A stretch of 64,000 nucleotides of DNA from Spirochaetia bacterium (GTDB taxonomy: Bacteria > Spirochaetota > Spirochaetia > UBA9216). Below are positions 40,250-50,290 of this stretch, in pieces. Under the pieces are notes generated by a model. The model searched no databases. It worked only from the letters and a program-made list of their open reading frames with translations, and was not told where the DNA came from. The stretch is taken from positions 384,001 to 448,000 of the forward strand of contig OZ223269.1 of NCBI GenBank assembly GCA_965140585.1. Reading direction: 5' to 3'. Every line of letters starts with the position of its first letter. Positions within the stretch are counted from its first letter, which is position 1. A program made the translations under genes and the position numbers.

Positions 40250-40495
40250 AAGAACCCGTCGAGAGTCTCTGCCGGGATGGTAATCACTTCAAGCCTGTCC
40301 AGATAAAGCCGGCATTCAGAAATCTTTTCTTCGGGCATAGTCCGGACAACAAATTTGCTTATATACAGAGGGAACCGGTTTGATACTGCAACGTCTCGCT
40401 GAATTATATAATCCGGTATTTCAGCTGAGAACTCTTCCCCTCCTGTATATTTTAGGCTTGATTCAATATGTTTCCCGTTTGCAGGATCGACCCTG
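40246..40495 (-). pseudogene. 3' remnant of a FlaA-like (flagellar filament outer layer) gene
   Basis: GKH...LKYTG...SAEIPDYIIQRD...FVVRTMPEE....LYLDRLEVIT...DG resembles a spirochaete FlaA C-terminus. No credible 5' part is present. Confidence 0.4.
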
Positions 40496-40501
40496 AATGG
40501 T

Positions 40502-43500
40502 TTGAAAGAATTTGAGCTTTTTTTTAAAAATATGCCGAGTACCAATAAAGCCGCTTTTGTTATTATTCAACACCTGTCTACAAATCACAAAAGTATCCTC
40601 GCGGATATTTTAAGCCGTTATTCAAATATGGAAACACATCAGATTGAGGACGGTATGAAAGTCGAACCGGGGAAAGTATACATTATTCCGCCTAATAATC
40701 TGGTTTTTCTGGAAAATGATAAACTAATTCTGAAAAAACGCTATGATAAGCCTATCGTAAACCAGCCGATTGATGTTTTTTTTAATTCTTTAAAAGAAAA
40801 TAATGCCAGACGTTCAATAGCTGTAATTCTTTCAGGAACAGGTTCTGACGGCTCAGTTGGAATTAAAGCAGTGAAACAAGCAGGAGGGCTTACGTTAGTA
40901 CAGCAGCCGGACACTGCTGATTATGATGGTATGCCAATAATTGCAATAAGGACCGGTCTGATTGATTATGTAATTGCTGTTTCTGACATGCCTGAGGTTA
41001 TCCTTGAATATATAAAAAATGATTTTAAACAGGCTAAATTAATATCGGACGATGAGAATACGGAAAAGGAAATAAATCAGATTTTTGAAATTATTAAAAA
41101 TCATACAGGTCACGATTTTTCAAATTATAAACGTAATACAATAATCAGGATAATTGAAAGGCGCCTCACCGCCAATATAATGGGTAATCTGTCATCATAC
41201 ATTGATTTTTTAAAAAAAGAAGAGCCTGAAATTAAATTGCTTACAAAAGACCTTTTGATAAGTGTAACAAGTTCTTTTAGAGATACAGATACTTTCACTT
41301 ATATTGAAAGAAGTGTCATTCCCGAAATCTTCACGGATAAACAAGGTTGTACTGTTAGAGTCTGGGTTCCCGCCTGTGCAACAGGCGAGGAGGCGTATAC
41401 ATGGGCTTTGATGCTCAAAAATTACATAGATGAGAATGATTTGGAAAATGAGATTCAGGTTTTTGCTTCTGACATTGATACAGAGGCTTTAGATAAAGCC
41501 CGGGAAGGTTTGTATTCCGAGAATATTGTTTCAGATGTACCTGTAAAAATTCTGGAAAGATATTTTATAAAAGAAAGCCGTGGATTCAGAATAAAAAAAG
41601 CAATTCGTGAAACTGTAATATTTGCTGAACAGAATCTTGTGCAGGATCCCCCGTATTCAAGACTGGACATAATCAGCTGCAGGAATCTGCTTATTTACCT
41701 TGATAACTATCTTCAGTATAAGGCAATATCAATATTCCATTATGCTTTAAATAGCAACGGATGTCTGGTTCTTGGAAATTCTGAAAGTCTGGGAAATTCG
41801 GCTAGATTTTATAAGGTGGTAGATAGAAAAAATAAAATTTTTCGAAAAATTGACAGCAGTGAAATGGTGGCTAAGGTATGGAATATGAAAGGCAGAACAG
41901 TTAACTGGATGATAAAAAGACTTTTAAGGAACCTATTTCAGAAATTGTAAAGGATTTTGTTCTTGAAAAATTTGCACCCCCGGGAGTTGTGATAGATGAG
42001 CAGGGTACCATGGTGTTCGCCCTGGGGAAAACCGGGAATTATCTTGAAATTACAACCGGTAATGTAACCAATAATATAACTAAAATGGCAAGAGAGGGGA
42101 TTAAGTTTCCTCTTTCTAATGCTATTCGTAATGCAAGAAAATCAAATTCAGAAGTAATTGTTCACAATGTTAAATTGGATATCAACGGGATATTGATATT
42201 ATAGTCTCTCCATTAAGCTATCAGCAGAAAGATACGAAACTTTTTTTTGTAGTTTTTAAGACTGTGGAACCCTTCAGCAAACAATTGCTGGAAAATAATA
42301 TTAATATACCTGATACATCCGCCATTTTTGAGCTTGAAAAAGAGCTGGCTGAGAAAGAGCAGTATCTTCAGCATACTATCGAAGAACTGGAAACTACTAA
42401 TGAGGAATTAAAATCCTCTAATGAGGAAGCCCAGTCAACTAATGAAGAGTTGCAGAGCACTAATGAAGAACTGGAAACATCCAAGGAAGAGCTTCAGTCG
42501 GTTAATGAAGAACTGACTACAACAAATAATGAGCTTTCGCTGAAACTGGATGAACTTAACAGATTAAATAGTCAGCTTAATAACCTTCTCTCTGCTACAG
42601 AAATTGCAACAATTTTTATAGATAAGGAGCTGAAGATCTTTAATTTTACTCCTGCTATTTCTATCATCACTGAACTACTCATTTCCGATATCGGGCGCTC
42701 AATTAAACAGTTTACCAACAATCTGAAATATAAAAATCTTATACTGGATATTAACTCAGTGCTGAATACTTTAATACCAAAAGAATCGGAAGTTGAAAGT
42801 GTTGACGGCAGATGTTTCTGGATGCGCATTATTCCATACCGTACTATCGATGATAAAATAGAAGGAGTTGTGCTTACTTTTACCGAAATTACCAGGCGTA
42901 TTGAAATTGAAAAGGCCCTGAAAGAAAGCGAAGAAAAATACCGAGAGACCTATGAAAATTCTCCAGACTCGATAATCATCCATGATCTTGATATGAATAT
43001 AGGTGATTTGCAAATATTAAATGGATTTAACGCAACTTTAAAATATCAGAATTATATAAAAAAGGACAGAACAGCGGCGAATTTGAATTTATCAGTAAGC
43101 AGGGTGACAGGAAAACAGCATTGTACAGAGCAATTCGTGTTCATAAGGATTTTAATGTAAGCATGCTTTTTGATATCACAGAAAGAAAGAACGCAATGCA
43201 TGAGCTTAAGGTAAACCAGCTGTTCCTCCAGAAAGCGCAGGAGATTGGAATAATAGGGACCTGGCATCTAAATCTCGAAACTAATGTACTCTTATGGACA
43301 AAGGAGAATTATAAAATATTCGGTATTAAAGAAAATACACCAATCAATTATGAACTTTTTATAAATTGCGTGCATCCTGAAGATCGGGTTTATGTTGATG
43401 CTGAATGGAAAAAAGGCATTGATAAAAAATATTATGATATTGAGCATCGGGTTGTAAGCAATGGTGAAATCAAATGGGTCAGGGAAAAAGCCGATTTTGT

Positions 43501-44302
43501 TTTTGATGATTCGGGAGCCCCTGTCGAGGCCTTCGGCGTTACTCAGGATATTTCCAAAAGTAAAGAATATGAACTTAAATTGAAAGAATATACAGAGCAG
43601 TTAAGTATAATGAATCAGGACAAGGATGATTTTATTTCAATACTTGCACATGATCTTAAAAATCATCTCCATGGTCTTGTAGGCATTTCAAATACAATTT
43701 TAAAGAATTTTGACAACTTTGAAAAATCGAGTATTAAAGAGTATATGAATATGATTCATGAGTCAGCAACAAAGACCAAAAATCTGCTGCTTCAGACACT
43801 TCAATGGGTGAACCCTGAAACAAATGTACTTAAAGAGCAGAAAACTGAATTTTCAGTTTTGGAAGCAGTAAACGCTGAATTGAATCTTTTAATGCCGGTT
43901 GCTGAAACTAAAAATATCAGTATTTCAACGAAGGTTGAACCCGATTTGTTTCTGTATATGAACAAGGGAATTTTTGATGTGGTTACACGTAATATTATTG
44001 GCAACGCAATAAAATTTACACCCAGAGACGGACGAATTGAAATCAGAGCCATAGCAAAGAAAGAGAAGACTAAAATCAGTATTTCCGATACGGGTGTCGG
44101 GATGACAGAGGAAAATATTGGAGATCTTTTCAAATCCACTTTACGTAATTTCAGGCATGGGACTGATGATGAAGAGGGTACCGGACTTGGATTGAGGATA
44201 TGCAACAAACTTTTAAAAACAATAAACAGCAGGATTGAAGTTCAAAGTTCTCCCGGAAAAGGTTCTACTTTCTCATTTTCAATTTCGAATCAATATGAAT
44301 AA
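40502..44302 (+). pseudogene. CheB/CheR-coiled coil-PAS-PAS-histidine kinase hybrid, 5'-truncated and split by frameshifts
   Basis: CheB (IQHL, LSGTGSDG) lacks the GASAGG start. CheR (VWVPACATGEEAY, CRNLLIY), NEELQS heptads and PAS_10 follow, then PAS_3-HisKA (AHDLKN)-HATPase. These are spread over ORFs 40502, 41989, 42264 and 43121 with frame breaks near 41900, 42200 and 43000. Confidence 0.8.
43121..44302 (+). CDS. PAS histidine kinase portion of the hybrid (uninterrupted frame)
   Basis: GTWHLN..VHPEDR PAS; ILAHDLKN; NAIKFT; DTGVG; GTGLGL. Confidence 0.6.
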   Translation: MYRAIRVHKDFNVSMLFDITERKNAMHELKVNQLFLQKAQEIGIIGTWHLNLETNVLLWTKENYKIFGIKENTPINYELFINCVHPEDRVYVDAEWKKGIDKKYYDIEHRVVSNGEIKWVREKADFVFDDSGAPVEAFGVTQDISKSKEYELKLKEYTEQLSIMNQDKDDFISILAHDLKNHLHGLVGISNTILKNFDNFEKSSIKEYMNMIHESATKTKNLLLQTLQWVNPETNVLKEQKTEFSVLEAVNAELNLLMPVAETKNISISTKVEPDLFLYMNKGIFDVVTRNIIGNAIKFTPRDGRIEIRAIAKKEKTKISISDTGVGMTEENIGDLFKSTLRNFRHGTDDEEGTGLGLRICNKLLKTINSRIEVQSSPGKGSTFSFSISNQYE

Positions 44303-44528
44303 AAATTATAAAAATGTGAGATCAAAATCCAGGATCTGGGAAATAAACACTGCATTGCTCTGGCCTGAACCAAGCCTGACAGTTTTTGCTTCAGTCATTA
44401 ATGCAAAAAATCAGGGTATACAGATCTTCTTGACTATGGTTGCGGATCAGGCAGGCATACATTACAGATACGCCATATTGATGATTGTCTTATTGAAGGC
44501 CGTATCCAAGCAGGCAAACACTACTTAG
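44295..44528 (+). pseudogene. Class I SAM methyltransferase fragment
   Basis: An alternative frame near 44410-44480 reads GYTDLLDYGCGSGRHT (motif I); no complete ORF. Confidence 0.45.
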
Positions 44529-44538
44529 TTCTATCAAC

Positions 44539-44568
44539 AAAAAAGCTGCCAGTCAAAGGCAGCTTTTT
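44539..44568. terminator. Bidirectional rho-independent terminator
   Basis: AAAAAGCTGCC-agtcaaa-GGCAGCTTTTT between convergent genes. Confidence 0.8.
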
Positions 44569-44593
44569 ATATTTTAAAAGTTATCAGTTCTAA

Positions 44594-44959
44594 TTACTTC
44601 ACTTCAGAAACTGTCAGTACATTCTTGTCAGGATCATAAAACTTAAGCATCCGCATATCCTGCTCGGGGAAATCCACTATATCACCGTAAAGTGTAACTT
44701 CTTCGGCAACAAGGTGAGCCTTGAATGCATCTATGTCTTCTATACCGAGTGTCAGAAACTCGTTGACCGGGTAGGTTCCTTCCTTGCTCCACTTGTTAAC
44801 TGCAAGGTAGGTGTTGGTTGTTCCCGGAACCGCAAGTTCAGTCCATCCGTCAGATTCAAATGCTTTTTTGAAGCCTAAAATTGCAGTATAAAAATTAATA
44901 GTTTTTTCAGGATCTCTTGCCCATACATAAGAGATGATGTTTTTATAGCTAAGATTCAT
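44594..44959 (-). CDS. VOC/glyoxalase family protein
   Basis: RDPEKTINFYTAILGF...FYDPDKN; AAGGAG RBS. Confidence 0.85.
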   Translation of the reverse strand: MNLSYKNIISYVWARDPEKTINFYTAILGFKKAFESDGWTELAVPGTTNTYLAVNKWSKEGTYPVNEFLTLGIEDIDAFKAHLVAEEVTLYGDIVDFPEQDMRMLKFYDPDKNVLTVSEVK

Positions 44960-44993
44960 TCTAACTCCTTTACTTCATTCATATTCCTGTATA

Positions 44994-46229
44994 TCAGGTA
45001 GGGTAGATTACATTGATGACATTGTCAATTTTTTTCAGTTCAGATTCAAGGCTTTTTAACTGATTTTCGGATAAAGCCTCTGCCTTTGATATTTTCTCAA
45101 GCTTCTTAATTATTGTGTGTACAGCATCAAAACCCTTGCCCAGTGAAAGATCTTTATCAAGCTGCTCTGAAAAGGCGGGATTGATACTATCAATCAGTTC
45201 TCCGGCTGCGATGCTGTCTTCTTTTCCGCCGCCTTTTACCGAATCAATAGCGTTTCTAAAATCATGCAGGATTTTAACCGTCTTATTAAAATGCTCTTCG
45301 GTATAATTCAGCTTCTTCCGGTAATGCCGGTAGGTGAGGAAAAAACGGATTTCTTTCCAGGAGTGACCCTTTTTTACAAGGTCTTCAGGGTAAACGATAT
45401 TGCCCCGGCTCTTGGACATGGAAATTCCGTCAACTACCAGGTGTTCGCCGTGCATGTAGTAGTTTGCATAGTCTTTACCGGAATATCCCTCCATTACTGC
45501 TATATTGTAATCATGGTGGCGGTAAATATTATCAATACCTCCACAGTTTATATCAACCTGATCTCCAAGGGTCATTATTACAATGGCTGGATCCTGAATA
45601 TTCCAGGAAGGACGCCCTTTTCCTATTTCTGTGTCCCAGACAGGCCCGTATTCTTCTCCGTCTGCATGCCACAGTATGAAATCACCTAGGTTCCACCTGT
45701 TACCGTTATAAGTGTCACGACGGAAACGCCTTTTCTCTTTAGGCCAGCGCTTCATATCAAGCTGAAAAAGTTTTCCGAAATTATCAATTTTCAATGGATC
45801 GAAAAAATAATCACCGTCAAGTTCATAGGCAATTCCCTTCTCAACAAGGGTTTTAATAATTTTTACTGTGGAGTCAATGCTTTCTGTAGCTGGAATGAGG
45901 TGTTCCGGCATAACAAAATCAAAGCCGTCCAGACTGTCTCTGAATATAGCAAGCACGTCGCCCGTAAGCTCGTGAACTGCAACTCCCTTCTTTTTAGCTT
46001 CCGAGATGGTTTTATCTTCAATGTCGGTAAGGTTCATCGCCCGTTCAACATGGTAACCGCTGAACTTGAGATACCTTACCAGCAGATCTTCATAAAGAAA
46101 GGTTCTGTAGTTGCCAAGATGAGCTTTCTGATAAATTGATGGTCCGCATGTAAATATTTTTACGTTTTTCCCATTCCTCGGCCTGAATTCCTCAAGCTCC
46201 CTGGCCATGGTGTTATATATTTTAAGCAA
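44994..46229 (-). CDS. Cysteinyl-tRNA synthetase paralog, C-terminally truncated, with non-canonical active site
   Basis: YNTM, CGPSIY..AHLGN, NLTDIEDK, DFILW, GRPSWNIQD, GGIDNIYRHHDYN, SMSKSRGN, HYR; ends after the DALR-like helices at 411 aa. Confidence 0.85.
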   Translation of the reverse strand: MLKIYNTMARELEEFRPRNGKNVKIFTCGPSIYQKAHLGNYRTFLYEDLLVRYLKFSGYHVERAMNLTDIEDKTISEAKKKGVAVHELTGDVLAIFRDSLDGFDFVMPEHLIPATESIDSTVKIIKTLVEKGIAYELDGDYFFDPLKIDNFGKLFQLDMKRWPKEKRRFRRDTYNGNRWNLGDFILWHADGEEYGPVWDTEIGKGRPSWNIQDPAIVIMTLGDQVDINCGGIDNIYRHHDYNIAVMEGYSGKDYANYYMHGEHLVVDGISMSKSRGNIVYPEDLVKKGHSWKEIRFFLTYRHYRKKLNYTEEHFNKTVKILHDFRNAIDSVKGGGKEDSIAAGELIDSINPAFSEQLDKDLSLGKGFDAVHTIIKKLEKISKAEALSENQLKSLESELKKIDNVINVIYPT

Positions 46230-46363
46230 TGTTCATAACCTCGTTTCTATGAATATATACAAAAAAAACTCCAAAGTCGATATAAAAAGAAAGATTAAGA
46301 GCTTTGGATAATTACGTACTGTATTACTCGAAAAAAAAATATATAAGCGTTATACTAATCGTC

Positions 46364-46978
46364 ATGGGAAGAATTGAGATACTTAAAAAACATTACGAAC
46401 CCAGAATTGAGAAATTCAGTGAAAACTCAAAAATCCTTGACTGGGAGAGCCCCGAGGCTCAGAAAACAAGGTTCAGTATTCTTACTGATAATATAGATTT
46501 GAACGGGAAATCGATACTTGATGTAGGCTGCGGCTGCGGAGACCTTCTGGACTGGCTGAAATCCATTGATGTGAATGCTGATTATTTCGGTGTTGATATA
46601 CTGAAGAAAATGACTGACAGGGCATCAGAACTGCATCCGGAAACTGTATTTGCGGCGGCGGATATTTTTGACGGGGGCTTTAAGTCAGAGGATGTATTTG
46701 GAAAGCCCTCTTTTGATGTTACCTTTGTGTCCGGCATTTTTAATCTGAATGCAGGAAATAATGAAGCCTTTCTAAGGGCTGCAGTACCCGTTCTTGCGGC
46801 ACTGGCAGATAAATACTTTGTTTTCAACCTTCTTGATCCGGCATCTCCTGACAGGGATGAAAATTATTTCTACTTTGAACCTTCCGAGGCAGAAAAGCTT
46901 GCATCGGCTTTTGCAGGTTCTGTAAAAATAATAAGCGGATATCTGTCAAACGATTATACCGTCATAACTGCCAAATAA
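46364..46978 (+). CDS. Class I SAM-dependent methyltransferase
   Basis: W.S.E.Q..RF, ILDVGCGCG, GVDI, SGIFN. Confidence 0.85.
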   Translation: MGRIEILKKHYEPRIEKFSENSKILDWESPEAQKTRFSILTDNIDLNGKSILDVGCGCGDLLDWLKSIDVNADYFGVDILKKMTDRASELHPETVFAAADIFDGGFKSEDVFGKPSFDVTFVSGIFNLNAGNNEAFLRAAVPVLAALADKYFVFNLLDPASPDRDENYFYFEPSEAEKLASAFAGSVKIISGYLSNDYTVITAK

Positions 46979-46987
46979 GGAGTAAAT

Positions 46988-47812
46988 ATGTCTGTATTCA
47001 ACCTTGCACTAATCCAGATGCTTGTAGAAACTTCAAAGGAAAAGAATCTTGAGCATGCAGAGAAGATGATAGACTCAGCCGTGGAATCCGGTGCCGATGT
47101 GGTAGTCCTTCCAGAAATGTTTAATTGCCCCTACGATAACTGCTGTTTTTCCGATTATGCGGAAACTGATAACGGAAAAACAGTAAAAAGATTATCACGG
47201 CTTGCAAGTGACTATAAAATAGTTCTTATCGGCGGTTCCATTCCTGAAAAAGCTTCTGACGGTAAAATCTTCAACACCTGCTTTTGTTTCAACAAGGACG
47301 GTGATCTTATCGAAAGACACCGGAAACTTCACCTTTTTGATGTTGATATTGAGGGCGGAATCAGTTTTCATGAGTCTGAAACGCTCAGTCCCGGAAACAG
47401 GGTAACGGTTATTGATACTGAGTTCGGTAAAATCGGGGTTGCTATCTGTTTTGACATCAGGTTTGCCGAAATGTTCCGCGAAATGGCGATCCAGGGTGTT
47501 CACACCATTATCGTTCCCGGTGCATTTAATATGACAACCGGGCCTGCACACTGGGAGCTTTCATTCCGTATGCGGGCGGTGGATAATCAGGTCTTTATGG
47601 CTGGATGTGCACCAGCCCGAAATCACGATGCCGGATACCTATCCTGGGGCAATTCACTGATAACCGATCCCTGGGGTGATGTTATGGATTCGCTGGATGA
47701 GGAAGAGGGAATTTTAATCAGGGAAATAAACACTAAAAAGGTCTACAGCTACAGAGAACAGCTTCCTATCCTGAAGGGATTCAGAAAAGACTACAGCGGA
47801 ATTCTGATGTAG
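46988..47812 (+). CDS. Carbon-nitrogen hydrolase (Nit2/omega-amidase-like)
   Basis: LPEMFNCPY, HRKLHLFD, ICFDIRF, AFNMTTGPAHW, RAVDNQ. Confidence 0.92.
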   Translation: MSVFNLALIQMLVETSKEKNLEHAEKMIDSAVESGADVVVLPEMFNCPYDNCCFSDYAETDNGKTVKRLSRLASDYKIVLIGGSIPEKASDGKIFNTCFCFNKDGDLIERHRKLHLFDVDIEGGISFHESETLSPGNRVTVIDTEFGKIGVAICFDIRFAEMFREMAIQGVHTIIVPGAFNMTTGPAHWELSFRMRAVDNQVFMAGCAPARNHDAGYLSWGNSLITDPWGDVMDSLDEEEGILIREINTKKVYSYREQLPILKGFRKDYSGILM

Positions 47813-47835
47813 AATCTTCTGCCGTTAAAGTCGTT

Positions 47836-48114
47836 TTATTTCTCTGTTCCGGTCAACCGTTCGAATTCCGGAGATTTTTTCTGATAAGCATTCCTGTAAA
47901 CATGCATCAGCCTTTCCTTTTCATTCGGACCGATTTTACGGTATTCGCCGTCAAGAGAATTTACAGGAACCAGTGTGAGTATTCTGACTTCTTTCAGCGC
48001 GTTTTCCGGATCCCTTGTATAATGTCCAACCAGATCATGAAGATCGTCAAAATTTTCAAGGAATTCTACATATTCATTAGTACCGAGATCGAAAATATCA
48101 CCCTTTTCAGGCAT
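47836..48114 (-). CDS. Hypothetical protein
   Basis: AGGAG RBS; fills the gap between flanking genes. Confidence 0.65.
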   Translation of the reverse strand: MPEKGDIFDLGTNEYVEFLENFDDLHDLVGHYTRDPENALKEVRILTLVPVNSLDGEYRKIGPNEKERLMHVYRNAYQKKSPEFERLTGTEK

Positions 48115-48219
48115 AAGGTCTCCTCTGAAGGATTTATAATAACAGCATAAACAGAATATCTGCTTTGCGCAATAAAAAGGTGCTTTGAACTGTGGGGTTT
48201 TTAATTTATAATCTGACCC

Positions 48220-48681
48220 ATGATTCCAGCTGATATAAAAGAATTCCTTACGGCAAACGGACTCAAGGCTATTGAGTTCGAGGAAGGAAGTACACCAACA
48301 GCAGAAACTGCTGCATCGATGCTGAAAGTAACAGTAGGGCAGATAGCAAAATCGATATTATTCAAAGGCAAGGATGGTAACTTTTACTTGGTTGTCTGTG
48401 CCGGAGATAAGAAGATTTCTACAGCAAAACTGAAGGCTTTAACAGGAACAAAGACAAGGATGGCAAATGCCCAGGAGCTCTATGACGTTCTTGGTTTCAG
48501 ACCGGGTGAGGTCTGTCCGTTTCGTAAAACAGATATCCCTGTCTATATTGATGTAAGTCTGGCGGAATATGAAACAGTATATCCTGCCGCAGGCAGCGAT
48601 TCGTCAGGTGTTCCTGTATCCTTCGCAGGACTGCTGGATATTACGGGTGCTCTGGAATGCGATGTTACTTCAGAAAGCTGA
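48220..48681 (+). CDS. YbaK/EbsC (INS superfamily) tRNA-editing-like protein
   Basis: TAETAA..L....GQIAKSILF, G..PG.VCPF, AAG. Confidence 0.87.
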   Translation: MIPADIKEFLTANGLKAIEFEEGSTPTAETAASMLKVTVGQIAKSILFKGKDGNFYLVVCAGDKKISTAKLKALTGTKTRMANAQELYDVLGFRPGEVCPFRKTDIPVYIDVSLAEYETVYPAAGSDSSGVPVSFAGLLDITGALECDVTSES

Positions 48682-49976
48682 CACTGCTTCTTATTCTCAC
48701 GCTGTTTGTCTTTTCATGTAACGGCAGCCCGGGAATAATTTTTCCTGATTATTCTTTTTTATCTGAATCATCACCTTCAACAGATGCAGTAAGAGTTCTG
48801 CATAATCTTTATTCCAGCGAACTGGATGCTTTAGATGAGCTGGTCGGAAGGTTTAACAATGAGAATGAATACGGGATTCGGGTTGTTCTTGAAAAAAGAT
48901 CGGTAAATTTTGTCCCGGAAGATTCAAATATTATTCTGACTTCAGCCTCTGAATCTGAAGAATTACTTAAGGCCGGAAAAACTTCTGAGCTTTCTCCCTT
49001 TTTTTATCATCCTCTCTGGGGAGAACAGTTCGGTAGAATGGGTTTTTATGCTGTCGCCAGGGGACAGACCGATTACTGGGAATGGAGCCGAAAGATAAGT
49101 TCTGTACCACTGCTAATGGATGCAGGTGTAATGATTATCAATGAAGATCTTCTGGCAGATTCCGGATATGGAAAATTCCCGGGAACATGGTTTTTCTTCA
49201 ACAGGCTTGTTAAAAAAGTCAGCCGATTGACAGGTTTCCCGGCTTTCGGAATAGATCTAAATTCACAGTCATATGTATCTTTAATAAACGGAAGGGGCGG
49301 TTCCATCCTTCGCCCAAATCGCTCAGCATACAGTTTTAACAATCCAACCGTTATTGGTGCCGTCAGTCTGATTAAAAGTCTCATCAAAAAAAATGCAGTA
49401 CTCTATCCTGCTGCCTCTTATGAGAATCAAACTTCCTTTATTTCAGGAAATATGCTCTGTTCACTGACAGGAATAGAAGGGTTAAAATACTACAATACTG
49501 TGCTGAAATCAGTTAATCCTGAACTTGACTGGTCGGCGGTTCCTGTTCCATCAAGACGTCTGGGAAACAGTTTTGTGCTTGATGCCGACTTGACCGCAGC
49601 TATTATGAAAGGTGAGGCCGGAGAACAGCTTTCTTCATGGATTTTTATACACTGGCTTACGGAAGAGTCGCAGCAGATCTATCTTTCTTCTCAAACCGGA
49701 AAATTGCCTGTAAAAGCTGATGCATTAAAAGCTGTACTGTCAACAGACCCGGCTGATTCCGGGCTTCCAAAGCAGTGGTATGAGATTGCCGGAATAATTC
49801 TGAACTCACATAAAGAGCCTGCTCCTGTTTTTGCAGATTATCCTGCTGTAGCCGGAAAATTTGAGAATATGATTAAGAGAAGTTTTGACGGCGGATTTGT
49901 AATTATTGAGTCCGTACGGCTGAACCGTGAGGTTGCAAAATACCGCAAGTCTTTGGAGGGGGATGCTGCAGAATGA
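48657..49976 (+). CDS. Extracellular solute-binding lipoprotein (family 1, UgpB-like)
   Basis: FVFSC lipobox; FN.EN, N.DLL...G, AW.FI.WL-like motif, TG.LP. Confidence 0.7.
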   Translation: MRCYFRKLTLLLILTLFVFSCNGSPGIIFPDYSFLSESSPSTDAVRVLHNLYSSELDALDELVGRFNNENEYGIRVVLEKRSVNFVPEDSNIILTSASESEELLKAGKTSELSPFFYHPLWGEQFGRMGFYAVARGQTDYWEWSRKISSVPLLMDAGVMIINEDLLADSGYGKFPGTWFFFNRLVKKVSRLTGFPAFGIDLNSQSYVSLINGRGGSILRPNRSAYSFNNPTVIGAVSLIKSLIKKNAVLYPAASYENQTSFISGNMLCSLTGIEGLKYYNTVLKSVNPELDWSAVPVPSRRLGNSFVLDADLTAAIMKGEAGEQLSSWIFIHWLTEESQQIYLSSQTGKLPVKADALKAVLSTDPADSGLPKQWYEIAGIILNSHKEPAPVFADYPAVAGKFENMIKRSFDGGFVIIESVRLNREVAKYRKSLEGDAAE

Positions 49977-50290
49977 AAAAAACTCTTGTATTGTCAAATA
50001 CCTGGCGGCCCGAAAAAAATGAAGAACACTGTATTAAGTGCGGTGAAAAAATTGAATACAAATGGGGCGAGTACTCCTTCCGCTACTATGAGAAGAAGGA
50101 TAAATCGGATATCGCTCCAATGTGTAAGGCCTGTGCTTCAGATCTTAAAAATACCGATCCTCAGGTAAGAGTAATCAGCAGGTCCATGATTATGGAATTA
50201 ATCAGTTTGAAAAATTCCGCCTGGAAAACTCAAAAGTATAAATGGTCAGCTGGATCTAAAGTCAGTACGGATGATAAAGAGAAGACTTAG
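49973..50290 (+). CDS. Hypothetical protein with two CxxC motifs
   Basis: CIKC...CKAC; start overlaps the upstream stop (ATGA). Confidence 0.6.
   Translation: MKKTLVLSNTWRPEKNEEHCIKCGEKIEYKWGEYSFRYYEKKDKSDIAPMCKACASDLKNTDPQVRVISRSMIMELISLKNSAWKTQKYKWSAGSKVSTDDKEKT

Noticed and set aside
42370-42545. 21-bp periodic repeats (aatgaagaactg...)
   Set aside because: They encode the standard NEELQS heptad coiled coil of CheB/CheR fusions and are not a CRISPR or DNA repeat element.
44994-46229. Annotation as ordinary cysS or as mshC
   Set aside because: It lacks the WHIEC and HHENE motifs. It also lacks the anticodon domain a functional CysRS needs, so no gene symbol was assigned.
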